Shown: piece after piece, positions 9,259 through 19,571 of the stretch
Numbering within the stretch: position 1 is the first letter of the stretch
Layout of the letters: each line of letters begins with the position of its first letter
Notes under the pieces: model-generated
What the model saw: only the letters and a program-made list of their open reading frames with translations
Database searches by the model: none
Told to the model about the DNA's origin: nothing
DNA from: Promethearchaeota archaeon
GTDB lineage: Archaea > Asgardarchaeota > Lokiarchaeia > Sigyniarchaeales > SOKP01
Length of the DNA stretch: 64,000 bases
Direction of reading: 5' to 3'
NCBI GenBank assembly: GCA_019058365.1
Contig: JAHPZE010000008.1
Coordinates: 32,001-96,000 of the forward strand
Translations under genes and position numbers: made by a program

Positions 9259-10473
9259 TTAAATAATTCCCTTTTTTTTGAAGTCTCGAATGTCAATGTC
9301 TAAATAGCCAAGGTTTCTAAGTATCTCTTTTGTATGTTGTCCAATTTTTGGAGCAAGATTTCTGATTTTTAAAGGAGTTCGTGAATAATTTATAGGTGAA
9401 GCCACATTTTGGATATTTCCAAACTTGGGATGCTCCAATTCTAAGATCATATTACGTGCCTTAATCTGAGGGTCATTACAAGCCTCAGCAAATGAATTTA
9501 CTGGCATAACACATGCATCTAAAGTTTTAAAAATATCCATCCATTCCATTTGAGTTTTTTGTAAAAATTCTTTTTGTAACTCTTTAAACAGATCTTCTCT
9601 TTCTTTTCCTTTAACAAATTGTTTTGGTTTTAAATCCTCACGTTCAAGACCTTCACAGAATTCTCGCCAGAATTTAAATTCAACAATACCAACGGATAAA
9701 AATTTGTTATCTTTTGTTTTATAAACATTATAAAAAGGAAAATCACCATGTAGGGGATTTTGGGTTTCGACGCCGTCATTTAAATTCTTGGAAAAATGAA
9801 ATGCAGCTACAAGAGGCATAAAAGAAAACACACAATCTGTCATTGATATATCAATAAATTGTCCCTTTCTATCAGGACTCTTCTCTCTTTCAATTATTGC
9901 GCCTAAAATCCCTATAGCTGATACTAATCCACCCCCAATATCAGCAACTTGAACACCTGGATTCAACGGTTTTCTATCCTTATTATTGTTATCATATACA
10001 GCTCGTTCTTTATTTAAATCCAATATCCCACATATTCCTATATAATTGAGATCGTGACCTGCAATTTGCTCGTAAGGTCCATATTGACCATATCCTGTCA
10101 AGGAACAGCAAATTATTGATGGATTAATTGAAGCTAATGTATCATAATCAATTTTCAATTTAGATGTTACCTTAGGTCTAAAAGTATCAAGAACAACGTC
10201 AGATTTTTTAACTAATTCATAAAAAATCTCTCTTGCTTTTTCCTTTTTAAAGTTAAGTGTAATAGATTGTTTATTTCTATTAAGAATAAAATTAAAAGCA
10301 CTTTCACGATCTCTTCCTTTTTGAAAGAATGGAGGTGGATGTCCATAGGGGTAATAAGGATCTTCTATTTTAATGACATTAGCACCAAGATCAGCAAGTA
10401 TCATTGAACAATATGGTCCAGGTAGCATTCTCGTTAGATCTAATACAACTTTCCCTTCTAAAGGTAATGACAT
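9259..10473 (-). CDS. CoA-transferase family III (CaiB/BaiF, AMACR-like)
   Basis: LDLTRMLPGPYC..ILADLGA.VIKIE, NRNK.S, GYGQYGP, GHDLNY, ADIGGG. Confidence 0.92.
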   Translation of the reverse strand: MSLPLEGKVVLDLTRMLPGPYCSMILADLGANVIKIEDPYYPYGHPPPFFQKGRDRESAFNFILNRNKQSITLNFKKEKAREIFYELVKKSDVVLDTFRPKVTSKLKIDYDTLASINPSIICCSLTGYGQYGPYEQIAGHDLNYIGICGILDLNKERAVYDNNNKDRKPLNPGVQVADIGGGLVSAIGILGAIIEREKSPDRKGQFIDISMTDCVFSFMPLVAAFHFSKNLNDGVETQNPLHGDFPFYNVYKTKDNKFLSVGIVEFKFWREFCEGLEREDLKPKQFVKGKEREDLFKELQKEFLQKTQMEWMDIFKTLDACVMPVNSFAEACNDPQIKARNMILELEHPKFGNIQNVASPINYSRTPLKIRNLAPKIGQHTKEILRNLGYLDIDIRDFKKKGII

Positions 10474-10554
10474 AATATTAAAAAAAATAGATAAAATAAA
10501 AGTATAGAGGAAAAGTTTGAGATTATAGAAATGTATATCTTTATTTAATATTAT

Positions 10555-11958
10555 TTAGCGAAAATAAGTTTTTTTACTTCTTTGTATCCATTTAATATCT
10601 CCTAACCTACTTAATTTAAATATTTCATATTCATTATTATTCCAGATAACAATCCAAGAGGAGTCTGTAAAAAAATCTACATGATTGTTAGCATTACTTA
10701 TTTCTTCAATAATGGACTGTGAATCAAATTTTTTATGGATAAATTTGATGTCTCTTACATTAATTGAAGGAATCTTTAATTTCTCTGGGTAAATATCCCA
10801 TAAAGAATTCGGAATAAAGACTCCTTCAGCATTTTTGATATCAAGCACTTTAATATGTTTCAATATATCTGTATTTGCAATATCTGGGATCTGATTAAAT
10901 CCTATATATAGATGTTGTAATTTCTTTAATTTTTCCAACCCCTTAACATCTATTATTTTATTATTTCGAATATCTAAAAATTTTAATTTACATAGATTTT
11001 CTAATCCGTTTATTTCATCTATTTCATTATGACTTATATCCAGAAATTCTAATCTGTTAAGATTTTCTAACCCTTTAATTTCAGAGATTTGATTATTACT
11101 AAGATCTAGCCTTTTTAAATTAGAAAGTTTTTTAAGACCTTTAATTTCAGAGATTTGATTATTACGTAGGTTTAATACTTCTAGGTTCGAAAGATTTTCT
11201 AAATTTTCAATCTCAGAAATGTTATTATCAAATAGTAGTAAAGATTTCAAGTTTGATAGACCACTAATTCCTTCTATTTTAGAGATCTCATTATTATTTA
11301 AGTACAAAGACTCAAGTTTTTTTAATTTAGATAAATCATTAATTTTAACGACCTTATTCCCTTGTAAATGTAAATATCTTAACTCTTTTAGTGTCTCCAA
11401 GCCTTTAATTTCAGAAATTTGATTATAGTTGAGATAAATTTTTTTTAATTCTGTTAAACTTTCTAAATTTTTGATTTTCTCAATCTTATCGATGTTCTTA
11501 TTATTGAGATTAATGATAATATTAGATTCTGAAGGAAAAATTATATTTCCTTTGAAATTAACATATTGTTTGATTTTTAAAACTGATTTTAATTTATCAT
11601 TTGCACTTTTTTCCAAGGATTTTATTATCGAAAAAAGAAAATTATTTGTTTTATCATGTTTCAACACCCATACTATTGGTTTGACTGCTTTTTCCGGAAA
11701 ATTAAAAATTAGAACGTTAGCAGCCTGTTCCCGCATTTGTTCATTCAAATCCGAAATTAATATATTCTCAAGAAAGTCAAAAATTTTTTTTTCATTCGGA
11801 TGTATTAACCCTAAAAATTTAATTCCTAATATTCTAGTTTTTTCTTCATATTCATGATAATCCTCAATTATTGAGATTAATAAATCTGAAGCTCTTTTTT
11901 TATCTATTTTTCTGTTTTTAAAATTTTCATAAATCTTATAAGGTGATAGTTCCATCAT
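10555..11958 (-). CDS. Leucine-rich repeat protein (SDS22-type) with N-terminal HEAT-like region
   Basis: About ten 22-aa repeats L..L.L..NQISEIKGL; the DNA repeat ctttaatttcagagatttgatta recurs. Confidence 0.9.
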   Translation of the reverse strand: MMELSPYKIYENFKNRKIDKKRASDLLISIIEDYHEYEEKTRILGIKFLGLIHPNEKKIFDFLENILISDLNEQMREQAANVLIFNFPEKAVKPIVWVLKHDKTNNFLFSIIKSLEKSANDKLKSVLKIKQYVNFKGNIIFPSESNIIINLNNKNIDKIEKIKNLESLTELKKIYLNYNQISEIKGLETLKELRYLHLQGNKVVKINDLSKLKKLESLYLNNNEISKIEGISGLSNLKSLLLFDNNISEIENLENLSNLEVLNLRNNQISEIKGLKKLSNLKRLDLSNNQISEIKGLENLNRLEFLDISHNEIDEINGLENLCKLKFLDIRNNKIIDVKGLEKLKKLQHLYIGFNQIPDIANTDILKHIKVLDIKNAEGVFIPNSLWDIYPEKLKIPSINVRDIKFIHKKFDSQSIIEEISNANNHVDFFTDSSWIVIWNNNEYEIFKLSRLGDIKWIQRSKKTYFR

Positions 11959-12080
11959 CAGATAGCGAGATTCATGAGTTTAAATAAAGATATGATATCA
12001 ATTTTAATACAATTTTATATAAATGATTGGATAAATAAAACTTATTATTATAATTAAAAATAAAAAAAATTAATTGAATT

Positions 12081-12593
12081 CTATAATTCAATTATTTCAG
12101 ATTCCATTTTATCAGTATCTATAATTGCAAAGGTCGCTCTTCCCGTTAAATAACCACATAATTCACCAGGATTAACAATTAAAATACCATTTTCTAGTTT
12201 TTTATTTGATAAAGAATGTGTATGACCAGATAAAATTATGTCAAAATGTCCTGAATTTGCCAAAGCTTCGATCGTTTTTTGTTTTGGCATATGAGATACA
12301 AAGATTCTTTTTCCTCCTAATTCTAAAATCATTTCATTGCCATTTTCAGCAAATTCACATATTTGTCCCAAATTTTGTTTTAAAAATAATTTCTCTCCAT
12401 CGTTATTCCCAAAAACACCATAAAAATTTTTTTTTATCGTATTATTTAACTTATCAAACCATCTCTTTACGAATGGAGCCACATAATCTCCACAATGAAT
12501 AAGTGCATCCACATTTCTTTCATTTATTATAGATACTGCTTTCAATATATTATTCATATGATCATGACTATCTGATAAAACTGCTAACTTCAT
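12081..12593 (-). CDS. Metallophosphoesterase, YfcE/MJ0936 family
   Basis: SDSH, HCGD, GNND, SGHTH, NPG motifs. Confidence 0.9.
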   Translation of the reverse strand: MKLAVLSDSHDHMNNILKAVSIINERNVDALIHCGDYVAPFVKRWFDKLNNTIKKNFYGVFGNNDGEKLFLKQNLGQICEFAENGNEMILELGGKRIFVSHMPKQKTIEALANSGHFDIILSGHTHSLSNKKLENGILIVNPGELCGYLTGRATFAIIDTDKMESEIIEL

Positions 12594-12684
12594 CGTCTTT
12601 AGTTTAAAATTTAATTGAATTAGATATAATTAAATTACATTATTATATGTTTTATATTAATAATGAACTTTTTGTGAATTAGTT

Positions 12685-13758
12685 ATGATCGAAGATTTCT
12701 TTAAAACAGAAATAACCTTTGTTAACAATGAATTGAAGAAATATTTTAATCAATTATACAAAATAGAAAAAGACATACTTCTTCAAGATTTTATAACTCA
12801 ATTAGAGAAATTTATTTTAAATGAGAAAGCAAAGAGAATTCATCCAATTCTGTTAACAGCTGCTTTTGCTGGAATTGTAAATCCCATGTATTTAGAAGAT
12901 CAAATGAATCAAATTCGCGAAGTATCCATAGCAGTTGAATTATTACATAATGGACACTTAATTCATGATGATCTTTTAGATGACGATATGGTGAGAAGAG
13001 GTAAACCTACTTTCCATATACAATTAAAGAATGAATTAGAACAGGTTTATAAAGATATTGATCTCCTAAAAAAAGATGAAATAGGTGGATTGTATGGAAG
13101 AGATATGTCAATTTTGGGTGGAACGCAAGGATATCTCTTAGGTTTGGATATATTAAAATCTTCTAAATTTCCAGAACAATTAAAACTATTAGCAATTAAC
13201 GAGTATACAAACGCAATGGACTATTTATTGAAAGGACAATTAATAGAAGAGTACATGAGTTATAATAATATTACTATGACATTAGAACAATATTTAAATA
13301 TTGCGGAGTGCCAAAGAGCAAGAATATTCGAGAAATCTACAAAAATTGGAGCTATTTTAGCTAAAGGAAATCTTCATTATCAAATAAAACCTTTAAGTGA
13401 TGCTATGTTAAGTATAGGACAAGCTCATTCTATTCGTGATGACATTCTTGATTTAGAAAAAGATATTAGAGGGAAAATGAAAAAAATATTATATATTTTA
13501 GCTATTAGCAATACGGATGAAGACCAATCTAAAAGAATGAATGAAATATATCATAAAGATAAATTAACTAAGAATGATATTGAAGAAGTTAAAGATATAT
13601 TTACTAAAACCAATGCTTTAATGATCGCGGAGCACTTAGCTAAAAATCTAGTAGAGCAATCTAAAAATACCTTAAAAGATATTTATCCCGATTTAAACAA
13701 AGAACAAAAAAAATTCTTTAACGAATTTTCAGATTTTGTGATTCAAAGAGATTACTAA
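12685..13758 (+). CDS. Polyprenyl diphosphate synthase family protein (divergent)
   Basis: ELLH..LIHDDLLDDD..RRG.P (FARM), RDDILD (SARM). Confidence 0.85.
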   Translation: MIEDFFKTEITFVNNELKKYFNQLYKIEKDILLQDFITQLEKFILNEKAKRIHPILLTAAFAGIVNPMYLEDQMNQIREVSIAVELLHNGHLIHDDLLDDDMVRRGKPTFHIQLKNELEQVYKDIDLLKKDEIGGLYGRDMSILGGTQGYLLGLDILKSSKFPEQLKLLAINEYTNAMDYLLKGQLIEEYMSYNNITMTLEQYLNIAECQRARIFEKSTKIGAILAKGNLHYQIKPLSDAMLSIGQAHSIRDDILDLEKDIRGKMKKILYILAISNTDEDQSKRMNEIYHKDKLTKNDIEEVKDIFTKTNALMIAEHLAKNLVEQSKNTLKDIYPDLNKEQKKFFNEFSDFVIQRDY

Positions 13759-13774
13759 AAAATTGCTTCCGATT

Positions 13775-14371
13775 TTACACAACAATATATGGTTTATGTT
13801 GTCTTTTTAACATCAAATTATTTAACTCTTTAAAAACCTCTAAAACATTATGATTCTTTAAAGCAGATGTTTTATAAAATCCTTCTAATTTTCTCTCTTT
13901 TACATAGTTGTAAATTAATTCCTCAACAATAATTTCAGAATCGGGTGTATTATCTATTAGATCGCTTTTACTTCCAACTAAAAGAATAGGAATCTTTGAA
14001 TCGACAGCATTCTCAATTAATTTATCATACCAGAAATCTAACTGATGAAAGGAGGGGTAGTTAACTAAATCGAATACCAATAAGGCTCCATTAGCACCTT
14101 CTATAAATTTAGGAATCAATGGGACAAATCTTTCTTGTCCTCCAAAATCAAAAATGGAATTAACTATATAATTCTCTTTCAATATTTCAGATTCTTTTTC
14201 TGTATTAATCTCTAAATATACAGAATGAAAATTTATCCCAATTGTCGGGGATGTGTCAAAATTGAATGAATTAAAACAATATCTGTTAAATAAACATGTC
14301 TTGCCCACTGAACTGGCGCCACATATTACTATTTTAAAACTAAATACTATATCTTTTCGATCATAACCCAT
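13775..14371 (-). CDS. Rab-like small GTPase
   Basis: G1 GASSVGKT, G2 PTIG, G3 DFGGQERF, G4 GSKSD, G5 TSA. Confidence 0.92.
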   Translation of the reverse strand: MGYDRKDIVFSFKIVICGASSVGKTCLFNRYCFNSFNFDTSPTIGINFHSVYLEINTEKESEILKENYIVNSIFDFGGQERFVPLIPKFIEGANGALLVFDLVNYPSFHQLDFWYDKLIENAVDSKIPILLVGSKSDLIDNTPDSEIIVEELIYNYVKERKLEGFYKTSALKNHNVLEVFKELNNLMLKRQHKPYIVV

Positions 14372-14569
14372 AGATTCATATTCTCTTTAATTATTTTAAA
14401 TTCAATTCAATTTTATTATGATTTACCAAATAAAATTATTTAACAACAGATTTAATTGAGAAAATTATGTGAACCTTAAATAATTTGCTTGAAATGTCGA
14501 TACTCTATACTATTAATAAGAGTTTCAAAAGTGGAAAATGTTGATACTTTTTAATTTAATAAAATATAT

Positions 14570-16162
14570 TTAAGATCCGACTGCTTGCCCATCTTTACGC
14601 CAGTCTGATGCTCCCAGATAACCATTTTCAAATTTATATATTATTTGGGCTCCTCCAAATTTATAGAAGCGCTCTTTAGATACTTGATGTCCTAGTCTTG
14701 ATAGATCTTTATAGATATTATTTTCAAATCCCGTTTCAAGGATTACTTTAAGATCATCCATTACTCTCCAACGAGGGGCATCTATTGCCGTTTGTGGATT
14801 TTGACCGTACTGAAATATCCTAATCATCATTTGAGCATGCCCCTGTGGTTGCATTGACCCGCCCATTACGCCAAATGACATTAAGGGCTCTCGATTTTTT
14901 GTTACAAATGCCGGAATTATTGTATGAAAAGGCCTCTTATTCGGACCTATTTGATTTGGGTGACCTTCGATTAAATTAAAACCTCTCGCTCGATTTTGAA
15001 GACTTATTCCAGTTCCGGGAATAACAATTCCAGACCCAAAATTCTCATAATTTGATTGTATATATGAAACCATCATTCCATCAGCATCAGCAGCAGTTAA
15101 ATATACAGTATCACCAAATTTTGGTATACCTGCATCATACTGTTTAGCTGTATTAAAATTAATCAAATTAGCTCTTTCACTTAAATAGCTTGGTTTTAAT
15201 AGAAAAGAAGGATCAAACTCTAAAGTTGTGGGATCAGATATATATCTATAAGCATCAGCAAATGCTAATTTCATCGCTTCGATTTGTAAATGTAAGCATT
15301 CTGGTGAATCCGATTCATAAGCACTTAAATCGAAATTTTTTAAAATTCCTAACATAATTAAAGCTGCTAATCCCTGTCCATTAGGAGGTATTTCATGAAG
15401 AGTAACTCCATTATATTCTGTTGTAAGAGTTTCTTCCCATGTTGCCTTATGATTTTCTAGATCATCAAGTGTAATTAAACCTCCTGTATTTTTAGCATAT
15501 TCTACTATTTTTTTAGCTAAAACTCCACTGTAAAAAGCTTCTCCCTTCGTTTCTGCAATAAGTCTTAATGTTTTTCCTTGAGCGGGAAAATTAAAAAGTT
15601 CACCAGGTTTTGGTGCTTTTCCATTAGGCATGAAAGATTTATGGAAATCAGGGAATGATCGTCGTTTAAACTGCTTTGAGAGAAAAGGCCATATTTCTGC
15701 TACAATTGGTGAAACTAAAAATCCATTTTCTGCATATTTAATAGCAGGCTGAAATAATTCTTTAAATTCTAGTTGCCCATATTTCTTCGAAAGCTCAACC
15801 CATGCTGAAACTGCTCCTGGTATGGTTACAGAATCCCATCCGTTTACAGGTATTGAATTATAGTGTGAAAAATGTTCTGGTGTCCATGCTGATGGTGATC
15901 TACCAGATGCGTTTAAGCTAATAACATTCCTACCATCCCACAAAACTGTAAAAGCATCACTACCTATCCCATTAGAAGTGGGTTCTACGACAGTTAATGT
16001 GATTGCAGAAGCAATAGCCGCATCTACAGCATTTCCTCCTTTTAAAATCATTTGAAGTCCTGCTTGTGAAGCTAAAGGTTGGGACGTTGCCACTATATTA
16101 TTTGCTAAAATAGGCATTCGTTTGGAAGGATATTTAAAATCCCAATTGAATATATTATTCAA
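14570..16162 (-). CDS. ggt: Gamma-glutamyltransferase family protein
   Basis: GGNAVDAAIA, VVEP..NGIGSD, DTVYL (nucleophile Thr), KRPFHTIIP, GVMGG.MQPQGH, SDWRKDG. Confidence 0.92.
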   Translation of the reverse strand: MNNIFNWDFKYPSKRMPILANNIVATSQPLASQAGLQMILKGGNAVDAAIASAITLTVVEPTSNGIGSDAFTVLWDGRNVISLNASGRSPSAWTPEHFSHYNSIPVNGWDSVTIPGAVSAWVELSKKYGQLEFKELFQPAIKYAENGFLVSPIVAEIWPFLSKQFKRRSFPDFHKSFMPNGKAPKPGELFNFPAQGKTLRLIAETKGEAFYSGVLAKKIVEYAKNTGGLITLDDLENHKATWEETLTTEYNGVTLHEIPPNGQGLAALIMLGILKNFDLSAYESDSPECLHLQIEAMKLAFADAYRYISDPTTLEFDPSFLLKPSYLSERANLINFNTAKQYDAGIPKFGDTVYLTAADADGMMVSYIQSNYENFGSGIVIPGTGISLQNRARGFNLIEGHPNQIGPNKRPFHTIIPAFVTKNREPLMSFGVMGGSMQPQGHAQMMIRIFQYGQNPQTAIDAPRWRVMDDLKVILETGFENNIYKDLSRLGHQVSKERFYKFGGAQIIYKFENGYLGASDWRKDGQAVGS

Positions 16163-16283
16163 AATTACTCTCCTTTTCCAATGATTAACTTCTTGTAAAA
16201 TATAATGATAATATCTAAAAATCTATTTTGATTTAATAAAATAGTAAGTGTGATATTGCAATTTTTAAAGATAGATAGTAAAA

Positions 16284-17198
16284 ATGTTTATGACAACTAA
16301 AATCCCTCCTTCAGAAATAGTCATTAGACCTCCAGTAGAAGCTTATTCAGTTTTAATACCTGTAACTGGTGGCTGTTCGTGGAATAAATGTCGTTTTTGT
16401 GGCACATATAAAGGTGTTTATGGTGTTACTCAAGATTATGCTATACGATCCTTAGAAGATGTTAAAAAAGATATTGATAAATATGCTCAATCGAATTATC
16501 ATGGATTTCCGGTTTTTTTAGCGGGAGGGAATCCTACTTCGGCACCAACCGGATACTTAGCCGAAATCATTAAATATGTAAGAGTTAAGTTAAGAAATGT
16601 TCCTCGAGTAAGTTGTTATGCTAAATCATTAGATATTCTAAAAAAGTCTGATGAAGAATTAAAAACATTAGCTAATGCAGGATTAGATATTGTTTATATG
16701 GGCTTAGAAAGTGGTTCAAATACAATATTAAGAATTATGAAAAAAGGAACTAATGCTGAATCTATGATAAAAGCAGGAAAGAAAATTTTAAAAGCTGGAA
16801 TTAAATTATCATTATACATCATTCTAGGGTTAGGTAGTCACAAATATTCAGAAGAGCATGTGAAAGAAACTGCTAGAGTGTTAACTGAAATTAACCCAAC
16901 CATTTTTCGGTTCCGAACTTTAAATATTTTGCCTGGGACTCCTCTTTGGGATGAATGGAAATCTGGAGTATTTGAGTTATTGAGCCCTTTAGAGAATATA
17001 AAAGAAGAAAGGGACATCATAGCTAATCTAGGTGAAAATGTTACTTCTCAAGTCTTTAACGACCATGTATCTAATTATTGTACAATAGAATCTTCAAATA
17101 TAAAAGAAGATCGAAATATGTTTATAAAAACATTAGATTCTTTTATTAATGACCCAAGAATCCAAAAGATGGAAAGAAAAAACTTAATAAGAATGTGA
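16284..17198 (+). CDS. Radical SAM protein
   Basis: RPP.EA.S...VT.GCSWNKCRFC (CxxxCxxC), GLESG. Confidence 0.9.
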   Translation: MFMTTKIPPSEIVIRPPVEAYSVLIPVTGGCSWNKCRFCGTYKGVYGVTQDYAIRSLEDVKKDIDKYAQSNYHGFPVFLAGGNPTSAPTGYLAEIIKYVRVKLRNVPRVSCYAKSLDILKKSDEELKTLANAGLDIVYMGLESGSNTILRIMKKGTNAESMIKAGKKILKAGIKLSLYIILGLGSHKYSEEHVKETARVLTEINPTIFRFRTLNILPGTPLWDEWKSGVFELLSPLENIKEERDIIANLGENVTSQVFNDHVSNYCTIESSNIKEDRNMFIKTLDSFINDPRIQKMERKNLIRM

Positions 17199-17229
17199 TT
17201 GTTTGAGGATAGAGCTAAAAACGTCTATT

Positions 17230-18306
17230 TCAACCTTCAAGAACTTTATCCAACGTATCAATGAAAATCTTATAATTAGATATTGAGTCTATAAGGAACT
17301 CATTTATTTTGTAAATCCGGGTATAGCCATTTAATATTTCCAAATTATTTTTATTATCTTCTAATTCTACTCTCATTTTTTTTAACATATCATTCCATTT
17401 TGCAAATCTATTAATCACTGATCTAGAGAATTTTAATAGGATCATTCCTGCGGATTCAGCACCATATGTAATCTTGCCTTTAGGTGAAATCTCTGATTTT
17501 TCTACTAATCCATTTTCTAAGAGTAAATTGACTTCTTCAGAAATCTTCCCTACAGATAAACCTGTGATCTTTTGTATAGTTTTTTGGGTAAGATATTTTC
17601 TTGTAATAAAATATCCGAGAATCCTAATAAACATAGGATCTCGACTTGAAAACATAGGAGATACTGCGAGTTGATTTAACATATCTTCCTCAACTAAATA
17701 AACTTCTGGGTCAAAAGAAATCTTTTTCACTTCTTCTTCCCTTTTTGTCAATTTGAAATATTTTGAAGCTATTTCTTCTGTTGTTTCATTAGTTGAATTT
17801 TTTACCACTAATGGGAATAAAATTTTATAAATTTCAAAAGTTTCAAGCAATTCATCAATTCTTCTTGAAAGATGTTGTGCTCCTTTTTTAGATTGTTCTA
17901 TTAATTTTATTAATTCTTCTTTTTTATTTTTCAAATAAGTTCCTAAAGGATCAAAAGAACTCAATGCGATTTCAATCCCTTTAGTCGTAAGATCTTCAAG
18001 TTTTCCAGTAAATGAATATGTAAATGTATGAGTATGAGGAATACGTTCTTTTTGAAAAACTCCTGTACCCGTCATAACTGATAGAAATGTAGAAATTAAG
18101 CCCATCGAAAACCCAGTTAACTCTTTTAATTCTTTCTGAGATAACTTTTCATGAATTAAGAGATAAGAGGAAATTGTTGATATCTTGGGATTAACATGTT
18201 TACTTTTAGCAATATCCAAGAGTAATTCCACAAGGTTATCTTCATATTTTCGTAGTTTATCACTGAAAAGGTGACTATTAGTTTCAGTATCTTCTTCAAT
18301 AGTCAT
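17230..18306 (-). CDS. Double-domain MarR/GbsR-like winged-helix regulator (fused A+B type)
   Basis: Two LS/TQK...LTG.S.G.IS HTH motifs; the N half resembles 18947-19471 and the C half resembles 18432-18950. Confidence 0.8.
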   Translation of the reverse strand: MTIEEDTETNSHLFSDKLRKYEDNLVELLLDIAKSKHVNPKISTISSYLLIHEKLSQKELKELTGFSMGLISTFLSVMTGTGVFQKERIPHTHTFTYSFTGKLEDLTTKGIEIALSSFDPLGTYLKNKKEELIKLIEQSKKGAQHLSRRIDELLETFEIYKILFPLVVKNSTNETTEEIASKYFKLTKREEEVKKISFDPEVYLVEEDMLNQLAVSPMFSSRDPMFIRILGYFITRKYLTQKTIQKITGLSVGKISEEVNLLLENGLVEKSEISPKGKITYGAESAGMILLKFSRSVINRFAKWNDMLKKMRVELEDNKNNLEILNGYTRIYKINEFLIDSISNYKIFIDTLDKVLEG

Positions 18307-18344
18307 TTCTTAACTAAATATAGGTTAGGAATCTATTTAAATGT

Positions 18345-18354
18345 TTTCATGAAA
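18345..18354. promoter_or_regulatory. Putative operator, palindrome TTTCATGAAA
   Basis: Perfect 10-bp palindrome ~40 bp upstream of the fused regulator; same core as the sites at 19512 and 19572. Confidence 0.55.
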
Positions 18355-18431
18355 TTTGAAACTTAAAAATTAGTTATTAAAAAAAATAAAATTAAAGATT
18401 ATTTAGGATTAAGGTCAATAAATAAATGGAA

Positions 18432-18950
18432 TTATTTTTTTTTTTCTTTTTTATATTTATTTTTAAGATCTTCCCAAAGGTTTATTACAGCCTTATATCC
18501 AGAAAATCTCATTAAATTTACATCAATAAAATCCTTTATTTCATTATATCCATTTAAATTTTGAAGTTCTTCTCTATTAATTACCAAATCATTTTTCATT
18601 TCGAGGAATTTTGCCTCCCATTTGATATTTGTTTTCAAGAGGCTAATTGCTCTACTAAAGGTTTCTGCGACAACTGATTCCATAGAGTAAATCCATGGTT
18701 TTGATTTTTTAGAAATCTTTATTAAATTAAACTCCAGAAAATTATTAAGCTCTTGAGAAATTTTTCCCGCAGAAAAGCCTGTTAAGTTTTGGAGTTCAGA
18801 TTGAGTTAAATCCTTTCGAGTTATAAAATAGAAAAGTATTTTTGAAGCTATCTCACCCCGAACAGAAAAAACAGTATACTTTAATAATGTTTTAAATATC
18901 TCACTCTCTATCTTTTTAATTTCAGGGTCAAATTTCTCTTCTTTTTTCAT
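18432..18950 (-). CDS. MarR/GbsR-like winged-helix regulator (type B)
   Basis: FDPEI, YFITRKDLTQSELQNLTGFSAGKISQEL. Confidence 0.8.
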   Translation of the reverse strand: MKKEEKFDPEIKKIESEIFKTLLKYTVFSVRGEIASKILFYFITRKDLTQSELQNLTGFSAGKISQELNNFLEFNLIKISKKSKPWIYSMESVVAETFSRAISLLKTNIKWEAKFLEMKNDLVINREELQNLNGYNEIKDFIDVNLMRFSGYKAVINLWEDLKNKYKKEKKK

Positions 18951-19471
18951 TGTAGATTTTCGTTATTTTTTTGTTTAAATATGAATTCTATATCAGACCA
19001 GATATTTTGAACAGTTTCAAAAGTTTCTGTTAAGCTTTGTATTCGTTCGGAAAGAAACTCCGCTCCTTTCTTATCTTTATTTTTCTCTATGTCAATAATC
19101 TTTTTTTTAAGAAATTCATTAATTTTTATGAATTCCTCTAGTGTTGCATCAGCAGTATCTCCGTATTTTTCGGGGGCATTTAAGTATAAATATTTATTTG
19201 TTTTTGGAATTTTTTCCTTTCTTATAACACCAAGCTCTAATATCTCTCTTAATTTTTTTGAGATTGTACCTGCAGAGAGATTTGTCAAATCTTTTAACTG
19301 TTTCTGAGTTAAATTTTTATGTATTCCAATATAACCAAGAATTAATTGGAGATTTGGATCAATACTCTTCGCTCTACCAGAATCTAACACAAATTCAATT
19401 AATATTTGCTCATATTCTTTAATCTTTCCCTGGAATATATGTTTTCTAGGCAAAAATTTCTTATCTATCAT
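18947..19471 (-). CDS. MarR/GbsR-like winged-helix regulator (type A)
   Basis: IHKNLTQKQLKDLTNLSAGTISKKL; ATGA overlap with the downstream gene. Confidence 0.8.
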   Translation of the reverse strand: MIDKKFLPRKHIFQGKIKEYEQILIEFVLDSGRAKSIDPNLQLILGYIGIHKNLTQKQLKDLTNLSAGTISKKLREILELGVIRKEKIPKTNKYLYLNAPEKYGDTADATLEEFIKINEFLKKKIIDIEKNKDKKGAEFLSERIQSLTETFETVQNIWSDIEFIFKQKNNENLQ

Positions 19472-19511
19472 TCCTTAATATGATTAATGTGCAAACAACT
19501 ATTTATAATTT

Positions 19512-19533
19512 TTCATCTTTCATGAAAAATGAA
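19512..19533. promoter_or_regulatory. Putative operator, 22-bp near-perfect palindrome TTCATCTTTCATGAAAAATGAA
   Basis: 10 of 11 pairs; in the divergent intergenic region. Confidence 0.7.
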
Positions 19534-19571
19534 GAACATTTATATATGCAGATTTCATATTATTTTATTAG

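Noticed and set aside
12081-12593. Vps29 (retromer) call
   Set aside because: It has the full metal-ligand set of the ordinary YfcE/MJ0936 family, and nothing specific supports Vps29
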